64,000 bases of DNA from the human T2T-CHM13v2.0 reference genome, Homo sapiens: assembly GCF_009914755.1 (NCBI RefSeq), contig NC_060933.1; one strand, given 5' to 3'. A model generated the notes under the pieces. It did not search any database, had not been told where the DNA came from, and saw only the letters and a list, made by a program, of their open reading frames with translations. The position numbers were made by a program, and so were the translations under genes. Below, in pieces: positions 1 to 15,366 of this stretch; the first letter of the stretch is position 1, and each line of letters starts with the position of its first letter.

Positions 1-1767
1 CGGAGGAAGGAGGAAGGAGGAAGGAGGAAGGAGGAAGGAGGAAGGAGGAAGGAGGAAGGAGGAAGGAGGAAGGAGGAAGGAGGATGGAGGAAGGAGGAAG
101 GAGGAAGGAGGAAGGAGGAAGGAGGATGGAGGAAGGGAGGATGGAGGAAGGAGAAAGGAGGAAGGAGAAAGGAGGAAGGAGGAAGGAGGAAGGAGAAAGG
201 GAGGAAGGAGAAAGGAGGAAGGAGGACGGAGGAAGGAGGAAGGAGGAAGGAGGAAGGAGGAAGGAGGATGGAGGAAGGAGGAAGGAGGAAGGAGGAAGGA
301 GGAAGGAGGAAGGAGGAAGGAGGAAGGGAGGAAGGAGGAAGGAGGATGGAGGAAGGAGGAAGGAGGAAGGAGGAAGGAGGAAGGAGGATGGAGGAAGGAG
401 GAAGGAGGAAGGAGGAAGGAGGAAGGAGGAAGGAGGAAGGGAGGAAGGAGGATGGAGGAAGGAGGAAGGAGGAAGGAGGAAGGAGGAAGGAGGAAGGAGG
501 AAGGAGGAAGGAGGAAGGGAGGATGGAGGAAGGAGGACGGAGGAAGGAGGAAGGAGGAAGGAGGATGGAGGAAGGGAGGATGGAGGAAGGAGAAAGGAGG
601 AAGGAGGAAGGAGGAAGGAGGAAGGAGAAAGGGAGGAAGGAGGAAGGAGGAAGGAGGAAGGAGGAAGGAGGAAGGAGGAAGGAGGAAGGAGGAAGGGAGG
701 AAGGAGGATGGAGGAAGGAGGAAGGAGGAAGGAGGAAGGAGGAAGGAGGAAGGAGGAAGGAGGAAGGGAGGAAGGAGGATGGAGGAAGGAGGAAGGAGGA
801 AGGAGGAAGGAGGACGGAGGAAGGAGGATGGAGGAAGGAGGAAGGAGGAAGGGAGGAAGGAGGATGGAGGAAGGAGGAAGGAGGACGGAGGAAGGAGGAA
901 GGAGGACGGAGGAAGGAGGATGGAGGAAGGAGGAAGGAGGAAGGGAGGAAGGAGGATGGAGGAAGGAGGAAGGAGGACGGAGGAAGGAGGATGGAGGAAG
1001 GAGGAAGGAGGATGGAGGAAGGGAGGATGGAGGAAGGAGGATGGAGGAAGGAGGAAGGAGGAAGGAGGAAGGAGGAAGGAGGAAGGAGGAAGGGAGGAAG
1101 GAGGATGGAGGAAGGAGGAAGGAGGAAGGAGGAAGGAGGATGGAGGAAGGAGGAAGGAGGAAGGAGGAAGGAGGAAGGAGGAAGGAGGAAGGAGGAAGGA
1201 GGAAGGAGAAAGGAGGAAGGAGGACGGAGGAAGGAGGAAGGAGGAAGGAGGAAGGAGGAAGGAGAAAGGGAGGATGGAGGAAGGAGGAAGGGAGGAAGGA
1301 GGAAGGAGGAAGGAGGAAGGAGAAAGGGAGGAAGGAGGAAGGAGGAAGGAGGAAGGAGGAAGGAGGAAGGAGGAAGGGAGGATGGAGGAAGGAGAAAGGG
1401 AGGAAGGAGGAAGGAGGAAGGAGGAAGGAGGATGGAGGAAGGAGAAAGGGAGGAAGGAGGAAGGAGGAAGGAGGAAGGAGGATGGAGGAAGGAGGAAGGA
1501 GGAAGGAGGAAGGGAGGATGGAGGAAGGAGGAAGGAGGAAGGAGGAAGGAGGAAGGAGGAAGGAGGAAGGAGGAAGGAGGAAGGAGGAAGGAGGAAGGAG
1601 GAAGAGGAAGGAGGAAGGAGGAAGGAGGAAGGAGAAGGGAGGAAGAGGAAGGAGGAAGGAGGAAGGAGGAAGGAGGAAGGAGGAAGGAGGAAGGAGAAGA
1701 GGAAGGAGGAAGGAGGAAGGAGAAAGGGAGGAAGGAGGAAGGAGGAAGGAGGAAGGAGGAAGGAGGA
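1..1767. repeat. Near-pure purine 7-mer array (GGAGGAA)n with GGAGGAT/GGAGGAC/GGAGAAA/GGGAGGAA variants; truncated by the window edge
   Basis: Directly visible; source of the spurious EEGGRRK ORFs. Confidence 0.98.
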
Positions 1768-2300
1768 CCTAGAAACACTGCAAAATCCAGATAAAATTCA
1801 AACTTCCGGCCAGGTGCCAGCCTGTACCCTCCTGAGATTCAAGGGCCCCATGGAAGGGGCCTCAGTGCATCTTCCCGGCCCTTGCAGGGGGTCCTGGGAG
1901 CAAAGGGGACCTGGCTTCCCTTGGTGTCCAACGACACAGGCAGGTGTGGCCATCAGCCTGTCCAGAGGGGCCTGGGAGGAGTGGCTGGAGTCCTGCGGAC
2001 TTGGACTCAGCACTCACCCTCAGCTCTGCAGCCAGGCAGGAGGCAGGAAGCCCTCCCGGAGCCGCCTAGGTGGGCAGAGGAGCTCATAGACCCGTTGGCT
2101 GCTCAGTCGCAGGGCCCAGGCCAGGCCCACCTCACAGCCACTCTGGCACGAGCTGGGCAAGAGGCAGGGAGGGGCTCTCTGGGAAGGTTGGTCTTGGTTG
2201 GCACCTGAACAACAGGCAGCCCCAGTCACAGAGGATGTCCCTGGCCACGCTTGGCGGCTCTCCCTGGCCTGTGGGGCAGGAATGTGGGGGCTGGACTCAC

Positions 2301-2401
2301 CTGGGGCTACGCCGTACCGCTCCTGCAGACGCAAGACCTGCCTGCTCAGCGCCTTCGGACTCAGCTTCTCCAGGCTCAAGGAGGTCACCTCAGGGTACTG
2401 T
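2301..2401 (-). CDS. EXD3: EXD3 coding exon, (R)QYPEVTSLSLEKLSPKALSRQVLRLQERYGVAP(A)
   Basis: Acceptor CCTCTCTCTCCCCACAG|, donor CAG|GTGAGT; 101 nt; peptide in ORF 2020..2421. Confidence 0.93.
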
Positions 2402-3696
2402 CTGTGGGGAGAGAGAGGCACAGCCTCTGTTGCTGTTTTAAGTTAATACATTTTAAGATTTTCATTTTCATCATAGTCATATGCATGCATAGTTTAAACC
2501 TCAAGTGAGGTTTATAAGAAAATGCAGGCGTCACCGCCCCCCGCCCACCCCATCCTTAGCACTTGGAGGTCGACATTGAAATGGTTGTGTATTTGCCTCC
2601 ACATTTCCAGATAACATCCTTGGATTGTGATCTCTTGATTGTTGACTTCTGGGTATTTGGTATTGACTTCTCCCCACGGAAGGTGGACTCCCGAAATAAC
2701 AGTATTAGAGTTTTAGCTAAATCAGCACCTTCCTCACTGGTGATATTCTGGCTGTGCAACGGCCTCAACGGCCCAGCCTTCTGCTGCTGCTTTCAGGGTT
2801 AATGCTTATCTGGCTCTGTTGTTTCTCAGTTACCCATCCTGGTCCCTTGATACTTGGCTCCTCCTGCCCCTCCAGCCACTCTCTAGCTCCTGCCCTGCAA
2901 GGTCCTGGGACTGACACCCCCATGCCCTGGTCCACACCCTCCGACCTCCAGGTAGTGGTGAAGCACAGCCGCTGGGTGTTTCCCAAGATAAGGTCCACGG
3001 GGTATTTTTGGAGATGTGCACCTCCAGGGTCTGTGCCCGCTGCACACCAGCTTGAGAGTTCAGTGGAGCCAAGACTTCTGGGTTGAGATAACGTTCCCTT
3101 AGCACAGGCAGGCTTGGCTCCCAGAACTGCTGTTGAGACCCCAGAACCCATTCCTATTCCTGCCCCTCTGATGTGGCCTGCTCTTCTGGAGGTTTTGAGG
3201 CTCTTCCATTTTCACTAGTGTTGAGAAATTTCATGACAACGTGCCCCACAGGGGGTCTCTCTCCACCCACCTTTGGCCACTCCACAAACCTGTTAAGTCC
3301 GGCTCCTGTGGGGGCTCCCGTGGCCTCACATCTGGAAACCTGTCAGCGATGAATTACTTAGGAGTTTCCTTCCCTGCTCTCCCTTCTTCCTGGAATCCCA
3401 GTTATTTGTATGTTGGACCTTCTTGACAGAATCTCCAATTTTAAACATCTTTTCTCTTTGATTTTCCTTCTCTTTATGTATTTTGTACTGCTTTTTGGAA
3501 GACAACTTCAAATTATTTCCAAACCTCCCACTGAGCTTTCATTTCCCATCCTGTCCTTCATCCACCAAGTTCTGTCCTACAGTCTGAAAGCTCTTTCTGT
3601 GGGGCCCCCATCTCCACTTCACAGACGCAGTATCTTAGTTACAGCATTTGTGCTTTTAAGGTTTCTTTTGCTTCCTCCAAGCTCCAGCTTAGTGAC

Positions 3697-4182
3697 TGTA
3701 TTAGGGTTCTCTAGAGGGACAGAACTCATAGGATATATATACATATATATATTATATACAGGATATATATATATGTGTATATATATATATAAAGGTGAGT
3801 TTATTAAGTATTAACTCACACGATCACAGGGTCCCACAATAGGCCATGTGCAAGCTGAGGAGCACAGAGAGCCAGCCCGAGTCTCAAAGCTGAAGAACTT
3901 AGAGTCTGATGTTCGAGGGCAGGAGACGTCCAGCATGGGAGAAAGATGTAGGCTGGGAGGGTAGGCCCATCTAGCCTTCTCATGTTTTTCTGCCTGCTTT
4001 ATATTCCAGCCTTGCTGGCAGCTGATGAGACGGTGCCCACTGAGATTAAGGGTGCGTCTGCCTCTCCCAGTCCACTCAGTCGGAGGTGAATCTCCTTTGG
4101 CAACACCCTCACAGACACACCCAGGATCAATACTTTGCATCTGTCCATCCAATCCAGTTCACACTCAGTGTTAACCATCCCA
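3697..4182 (-). mobile_element. MLT2A-type (HERV-L) solo LTR with internal (TA)n
   Basis: TGTATTAGGGTTCTCTAGAGGGACAGAAC...CACTCAGTGTTAACCATC resembles the MLT2A consensus ends. Confidence 0.8.
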
Positions 4183-4738
4183 GTGTGTTAGTGTTAGCAT
4201 GCGTGTGGCTGGCGAGAGGCCCCACAGCCCTAACTGCTCCTGCCCAACACTGCCCTGCAGAGGAACCACCTCCCTGTGTGCACGGCGTGGCCTGGTAGCC
4301 CTGGAAGGCCAGAGGTGCTGTGGGCTGAGAAGCGTCTGTGCACCTCCAGCAAGGGTCTCACCTGTGTCCTCCTGGTTTCAGCACGGAGCCCCAGCCCTGT
4401 CCTCAGCTGTGGCCAGAACACCGTGCCGCTCACAAAGACCCCCCGGAGACCCTGTTTCCAGCCCAGCTTCTTGGAGGAATCTGGGCCTCCACTTCCTGTG
4501 CCTCCCGGGGGCTCCGAAGCCAACTGGCTCCTTGCATTTGCAGGTTCAGCACTCTCAGGCCTCCGAGGACAGTCGCTGCCTGGACATCTGTCTTCCGGGT
4601 TCCAGCTCCCGTCTCCCCTCTTATTCTCTTGAAATTTTTGTCTTCATTTTAAAGCAAAGAGGCAATAGATGCTTGTGTTTAACTGCCACTTTAAACTGTA
4701 ACTCCTACTTAAAACTTTTTTAAAATTAAATGTATATA

Positions 4739-8652
<3,914 letters not shown>

Positions 8653-9071
8653 TATGTCTTTTTTTTTTTTTTTAAGTAATAGGATCGATGGCAACCGACT
8701 ATGTGCTCACCTGTGCCTGGCCTGACGCTGTGCGGCTGCTGCCTGCTCCCTCTGATGAAAAGTCTTAGCAAGCTTTGAGTCAGGTGGACTCAGCCCCATT
8801 GTGCGAATGAGGAAACAAACTCAGAAAGTGGAAGTGACTTGGAGGACAAGTGGAGGAGGATGGGCCCGGGACGGCCTGACGTCCAAGTCCAAGCCTGTGA
8901 CTCTCCAGTGAGACAACCCTGGGGCTGTGTGGGGAATGGAGGCCGGGATCTGCCTGCCAGTGGATGGGCCCTGGAGCCTTCACAGACCTTTCAGCTTGCT
9001 TCACTCTCGGGGCACCTTGACCAGATATAGAGCAGGAAGCCCCTCCCCTCCCAGATGTCATCCCTCATATC

Positions 9072-9640
9072 TCACACACACACACATGCACACCTGCAGG
9101 CACACACACGTACACACACATGCATGCACACACAGACCTGCACAAACATGAACACAGTGCACACACAGGTACACACGCACACACATGCACACACGCACAC
9201 CTGCAGGCACACACACGTGCACACACATACATGTACACACACCACACGCACACACATGCACAGGCACACATGCACACACGTACACACCCATGCACACACA
9301 CATACAAACACACACCTACAGGCACACACATACATGCACACACACACCACATGCACGAAAACACACGTACACCTGCAGGCACACACATGTACACATCATA
9401 TGCACGCAGACATACACACCTGCACAAACGAACACAATGCACACACAGATATACATGCACACACACACACCTGCAGGCACACACATACATGCACACACAT
9501 GCACACCTACAGGCACACACAAACGTGCACACACGCACATATCACGTGCACACACAGAGACACACACATGCACACCTGCAGGCACACATGCACATGGGCA
9601 CACACATACATGCACACACATGCACACACATGCACATGGC
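9072..9640. repeat. Complex (CA)n-derived array with recurring CACCTGCAGGCACACAC; (UG)-rich on the EXD3 pre-mRNA
   Basis: Directly visible. Confidence 0.95.
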
Positions 9641-9739
9641 TTCCCTGAATCCATACAGGCACCATATGGGCTCCTTGTCAGGTGCTGCCTTTTCTCTGTA
9701 ATTGCTGACAGACGTCACACACCAAGTGCTTCCAAAAAC

Positions 9740-9745
9740 TTTATT
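9740..9745 (-). terminator. Intronic polyadenylation signal AATAAA
   Basis: tttatt on +; preceded by U-rich and followed by GU-rich sequence on the EXD3 sense strand. Confidence 0.6.
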
Positions 9746-9858
9746 AGATGAAAGAACAAAGGAATGGATGAACAAGAAAGCAGTACGGTTGCCATGCCTG
9801 CATGAGAAGAGCCACCACGGAGAATTATTTTCGTTCTTCTAAGAGCAGTTAACTCTTT

Positions 9859-9967
9859 TCACTCGGGAGAAGAGGGCTGTGCTCCTGCCAGCCCCAGCCG
9901 CTCCTCTCCAGAGGCAGCTGCTCCAGCTGCAGTCACATGGCAGCTGTGACCCAAACACCAGAACTTC
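9859..9967 (-). CDS. EXD3: Probable alternative terminal exon of a short EXD3 isoform: (R)KFWCLGHSCHVTAAGAAASGEERLGLAGAQPSSPE*, giving a 254-aa protein
   Basis: Acceptor CTCTCCCCAG|G in phase with the upstream exon; TGA at 9861-9859; AATAAA on the minus strand at 9745-9740. Confidence 0.6.
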
Positions 9968-10074
9968 CTGGGGAGAGCTCTCCCACGCGCCTGCTGCCCC
10001 CCTACACTCCCTTCCCTAACCAGGGCTCCCAGGATGCCATCTGGTGCCAGCTGCCAGCGCCCCACGGGACTCAC

Positions 10075-10214
10075 CTGGCAACGTCCTTGATGTCAAAGCC
10101 GGGCTGGCACCAGGAATCCATGAGGACCAGCAGCCTCCTCTGGAGGTCCGGGAAGCCGGCCACATAGCGCTCCACGAGGGCCACCTTGTCCTGGAGGAGC
10201 AGTGGGATGCTCAT
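10075..10214 (-). CDS. EXD3: EXD3 coding exon, MSIPLLLQDKVALVERYVAGFPDLQRRLLVLMDSWCQPGFDIKDVA(R)
   Basis: Acceptor GTGTCCCCCTGCAG|, donor CAG|GTGAGT; 140 nt, ends in phase 2. Confidence 0.93.
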
Positions 10215-11517
10215 CTGCAGGGGGACACACGGTCAGGCCACAGCCTCCGCCACCTCAGCCAAAACCTGACTCACCTCCAACCCAGAGGGAGCGGCCAAAG
10301 TGTCAGAACGAAAGGGGCCCAGAGGCCGTCCAGGCCCAGCAGTGCTCGCCCGGCCAGTGCTCACGCTCACACACACTCGCCCAAGGCTCCTGCTGGGCTC
10401 TGTGGCCATCCCCATCTCCATGATGAAGGCCTGGAGGCCCTAAGAGGCAAGGGGGACCCTGGGGAAGCTCATTTGTCACCAAATGTGGGGAGGCAGGACC
10501 AAGACAAACCACTGGCAGTAGCCCTGGTAGTCCGGAAATGCCTTCTCGTGGCACATGGTACCAGCACTGCCTCCCGAGCAGGTCTGCAAGACCCACACGC
10601 TGTCGGTGCCTCCAAGAGGCCCTGAGGGAGTCCCTGGCTGTGGCGCTGGGCCTTGGGGCACACCAGCCATTCCCTCAGCAAGAACGAGTTCCCGTAGACA
10701 ACGCCCCTCGAAGAAGACTCCTCACCTCCCTTCCCCCACCTCCTCTGCCCCACAGGTGAGGCTGCCTGGCGCCGACTGCATGGGGCCCACCTGCCCAGCA
10801 GTGCCTTGGGGGACAGTCCTCGGGCAGAACGCGAAGCCCCAAGAGCCCTCTCTGGCCCCAGCTCTTGTAGACCTGGAGTCTGCACCCATCGCCCGGAGCA
10901 CAGCCCTGCAGGCTGTGTAGACACCCCTCCCTCTTTAGGGAGACCAGGATGCGTCCCGTCCCCACCTGGCTCTGCCCGAGGGGTGCTCACTCCCCCACCC
11001 TGCCCCTGCTTAACCAGCAGGTTCCCCTTGTGTCCCTGTGATGTGCACGAAGTCCCATTGTAGAAGCTTGGATCTGCCATCCCTGCAGACACTGTGGGTT
11101 CGAGGACTGTGTCATCTGTCCGGAAATTCACAGTTAGGTGACTGCTTCCCCCAGCCCACTGCACGGTGGAGGCGTGCAGCAGAGGAGGGTCCCAGAAGCA
11201 CATGGGCTGCGTGTCCTCGAGGCAGCTGGTGCCCACTCCAGGGAAGGGGTGGCCCCAGCTGCTGCACGGAGCACACTCAGGGCTTCAGGGGACAGCTGGA
11301 CACGGGGTTCGTGTACGTGCGGCTGCGTCTGATTTGGGGTCAGCCCACGAGGAGGATGGTGGTTTAGGGGGCTCTGGAGGCCCTCGCCGGCCCCCGATGG
11401 CCCTGCTGTCCCCCACTGTGGCTTGGTGGACTCCCGACCTCCAACAAACACTGTTTATAGAGACCTGGGCGTTATCCAAGTTTGAACCTAAACAATTTAC
11501 ATGAGAAAGACGTTCAC

Positions 11518-11571
11518 CTTTTCAACGCCAAGCTCCGACTGCAGCTTCAACGTCGTGCCCAGCGTGGCTGC
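11518..11571 (-). CDS. EXD3: EXD3 coding exon, AATLGTTLKLQSELGVEK
   Basis: Acceptor TTTGTGTTTGCCAG|, donor AAG|GTGAAC; 54 nt, phase 0/0. Confidence 0.9.
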
Positions 11572-12039
11572 CTGGCAAACACAAAGGCGGCAGATTACTC
11601 AGGGCCTGGGAGGGGCCAGGCAGCACGGCGGGTGAGGGGGCTACCACCCTTTTGCACCAGCACCTGGTCACTGAGGCCGGAGTGCAGGGCCTTCCCGTGT
11701 TCAGCCACGTGGCCCTCAGGCCGAGGGGCCTGGCCTGGCAGACAAGCCCCCCCGTGCTGAGCCAGGCCTTGCATAGGCTGGGACAGGTGGGAGGCCTGGG
11801 CTTGGCCTGGATGGGGCAGCAGGGACTCAAGGGGGTGGCTGGCCACACAGCCTGGGTCCCAGGGCCTTGCTCGGGGATTGCTGATGAGCCAGAGGAAGGC
11901 TAGGAGGTGGGGTCAAGGCAAGGCGCAAAGCCGTGACCTCCCACACGACCCATCTGCGGGCCCCAGAACACAATGGTGCCTGCAGTGGACGGGCCAAGGC
12001 TGAGGACCCCCAGCCTCAGCGCATCCTGAGGCCTGGGGG

Positions 12040-12400
12040 GTCCTAGCCCTTCCCACGAGGCGGAGACGGGCACCCCGCGAGCGCTCCAAGGCCACACTGG
12101 CTGCGATCGGGGCACGGCCGGGCCCTGACCGCCTGCACGTACCACGGGCCTGAGCTGCTATTAATAATTTCCATAAGCCGCGCTCCCATAGCCAGCAAAA
12201 ATGACCCACGAGAGCAGCCCGCGGAGCATCGGCGCCCCGCCCCCGCGCAGCCCAGAGAAAGGACCAAAATAGCGGCCTGGGAAAGCCTCGAGCCGGCTTC
12301 CAGCCCCGGTGCGCAGGGTGGGGGCGCAGGGCCGGGGGCCTTTCCCTGCGCAGCGCTGACCCGGCGCCTCTACTGTCTGGCCAGGGTCCAAGAGGCTAGG
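12040..12400. promoter_or_regulatory. CpG-rich intronic element with RBPJ and MEF2-type motifs
   Basis: TTCCCACG 12050-12057, CTATTAATAA 12158-12167, TGGGAA 12278-12283; function inferred only. Confidence 0.4.
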
Positions 12401-12414
12401 CCTCCACCAGGCCC

Positions 12415-12860
12415 ATGGGGCGCAGGGCCCGGGGCGGGGGTCTCAGGGCCGTGGGGAGGGGCGAAGGTCCGGGGCGGGGCCCCAGGGCTGTGGGCAGGGG
12501 CGCCTGGCCCGGGAAGGGAGTCTCAGGCCCGTGAGGAGGGGCACAGGGCCGGGGGACGGGGTGCAGTGCCCGGGGCGGGGTGGGGGGGCTTCTCAGAGCC
12601 GTGTGGGGAGGGGCGCAGGGTCAGGGGAAGGGACGCAGGACCCGGGGAGGGGGTCTCAGGGCCGTGGGGAGGGGCGCAGGGCCCGGGGCGTGGGAGTCTC
12701 GGAGTCGTGGGGAGGGGCGCAGGGCCGGGGCGGGGCCTCAGGGCCGTGGGAAGGGGCGCAGGGCCGGGGAGGGGCACGGGGCCACCACATGGGGAGGGGC
12801 GCAGGGCCTGGGAGGTGGGCTTACGGCTGTGAGCATGGGCGCAGGGGCCACCACATGGGG
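12415..12860 (+). repeat. G-rich ~42-bp degenerate tandem repeat (GGGGCGCAGGGCCCGGGGCGGGGGTCTCAGGGCCGTGGGGA)
   Basis: Directly visible; many G3+ runs. Confidence 0.85.
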
Positions 12861-15249
12861 ACCACCCCAGCAGTGACACCCGCAGCTTCACACAAGGGCT
12901 CTGATCCCTTCTGGATCAGGGACCCCCTGAGAAGCTGCCAGAGCTCCGGAAGGCAGGGGTGCAGGGCCGGACACCTCACCCCGTTCAGAACCGCAGGGTG
13001 GTCACAACCCGCCCGCCCTCTGCTCCTCCTGCCGCATGTGGTTATTGTCAGGTGCAGGGAAGTGGAGGATGGGGCTGCGCCCGGCACCTCCTTGGGACCA
13101 GGCCCTGAGCAGGTGACGCTGGGACCAGGGAGGCTGGGGACACAGCAAGGGGCAGGTGGCCAGGGCCTTCCCTCACCGCTGCTGTCCCCAGCCTCCCTCC
13201 GAGGACAGACTTCAGGCTCCAGTCCCAGCCCTCGGCGGGCCCCACCCAACCAGGAACCCCTCTGAGCCCAAGAAGGCCGCCTCAGGCTTGCAGAGGAGCC
13301 TGGGTGGGGCTGGGTACTGGCCGTGCTCCCCAGGTGGGTGGCTTCTGCCTCTGTGTCCCGCACGCTGCGACCCCGTCAGAGGCAGTTCAAAGTGCCCAGC
13401 TCAGCCCTTCTCTTCACCACGGCCATTCAGAGCCCAGGGCTAACAGGTGTCTGGACCTTTCTTTCTAGGCCCACAGAAGCTCTCTGGGCACCCGGGGCCT
13501 CTTGAGGCCAGGTGGGCTTTCTGGACATGCAGGCGTCCTGGGGCCCCCAGCATCTGTGTCCACATTTTGTACCCGGAGCCCAGTGGGGGCTCTGTGGCCT
13601 CGCAGCTTGGGGGACAGGACGAGGATGGAGCTCCCCTAGCTCCACCCTGGTAAGGGCAGAGCCCAGGCTTGCTCATGGGCAGCCCTGGTGACAGGGGTGG
13701 GGGGCTGGGGGGTGGCTAGTAGCAGACCCACCCCTTCCAGGAAGCTCCCTGGCCTGACCCCTGTCTCAGGCTTTGGGGGCCCTGCTGGCCCTTTCACTGT
13801 GGTGGTGCCTGGCTTAGAATCAGCGTCTGGTCATTTCTGTCTGAACTTCCCTGAGAGGACGGTGTACAGCTGCCCACTGTCCATGCCTGGCCACTTGGGA
13901 AACTCAGCAGGCACAAAAAGGTCACCTGGCCCCAGAGCCAGGCCCAGGGAGCAGACAGCAGAAGGTGAAGAGTCCTGGACCCCGTGGGAGGAACGAGCCC
14001 GGGGCTGGGCCATGAGGACAGATGGGGCAAACTGGGCCCCTCTGCACCAGGCAGACCTTCCCGACCTCTGCTGCCAGAGGATGGGAGGCATCCACCAGGA
14101 AGAGAGAGACGAGGCTGTCCAGCTGGCGGGGTCGGGGTGGGGCTGTAGAAACCTCTAGACAGGCCCAGGAGCTGCTGCTTTCAGGAAAAAAAAAAAAAAA
14201 AGAAAATCAGGAGGGGCTGTGGTGTCGACCATCGGGAAGGGCATTCCCCGGCTCCCCTGGGCCCCCCATTCTAAGGGGCAGGAAGGCTGGGCAGGTGCCC
14301 AGGCTCGAAGGCCGAGGACCCCAGCGACAGCCCTGCCTCCCACCTCTGCGTGGGCCTGGAGCCAAGAGGGCCTTTTTTTTTTTTTTTTTTTTAAAGCAAA
14401 GCTATCTTTTTACCTTGATAAGCTGTTTAAAAAATGTAAATAAAATAACTCAGCGGACAAAAGCAGGCATTCATCCTGCCCAGGGCCAGCCGCTGCCCTC
14501 GACATGAAATATCGCAGCACATTGAGTCGTGAGTCCCAGCTAATCCGAGCGGACAGGCCTGAATGCGGCCTCTTTCGGCCGGGCGCGGCGGTGAGCAGTG
14601 GAGCATGCATCGCCTGCCGGGCGGCCCCGCTCGGGGACAATGGCTTTCTTCGCAGAAGGGGCCTGTGCGGGACAAGACCCCCTTTGTGTGGGGATTCCTG
14701 CCTCGGAGCGCGAGGGAGGCGCATTCAGCCGGCCCCAGACAGTCTTTGAAAGGCTCTGTAACAGAAGACGGCCCGAAACACTAGCCTGCCTTCTGCCTCC
14801 CTGCACTCTCCGCAGGCACGGCCGCCATTCAGCGTCGCGCCACATGAGGGGGACCCTCCATCCTGCATTGTCCTGTGCCGGGACATGGTGGCTTCTCAGC
14901 GCCATGCACCCGCCGCGAGACGACGGCCCCGGGCGTGGCAGGTGACAGCGCCAGGGGTGGGGCCCGCGCGGCCCACACAGGGGACACTCCTGTGAGGGCC
15001 CGGCCAGGGCAGCCCCCGATGCCCGTGCCCAGGTTCCAATGCACCTCCTCACGGTGAGGGGTCTTGCTGGGAAGAGGAACCCAGGGTGCCATCGGGACGG
15101 CGTCTCAGCAGCAGGGTCCCACGTGGGCAGGCAGCGGGGTGGTGCCCTTCACGCTCGGCCCTGAAGTAAGGGGGCCCTAATGGGGCGGGGAGTGGACCAG
15201 TGCCCCTGAGTGCCGGCCTCCTCATACATGATCAGTGCACCCTGAGCTG

Positions 15250-15366
15250 AGCACCCCCAGGCCAGGCACCCCCGGGGCTGGGCACCCCCAGGCAGGACAC
15301 CCCTGGGCCAAGCACCCCCGGGCCGAGCACCCCCAAGCAGGACATCCCCTGGCAGGACACCCCCGG
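15250..15366. repeat. Short ~15-bp tandem repeat (GGCAGGACACCCCCT-like)
   Basis: Directly visible. Confidence 0.75.

Noticed and set aside
84-2089. 500+ aa EEGGRRK ORFs in all three + frames
   Set aside because: Translation of a stop-free purine repeat, antisense to EXD3; no gene structure
9055-9751. His/Thr- and Cys/Val-rich ORFs resembling metal-binding proteins
   Set aside because: Translations of (CA)n/(TG)n repeats
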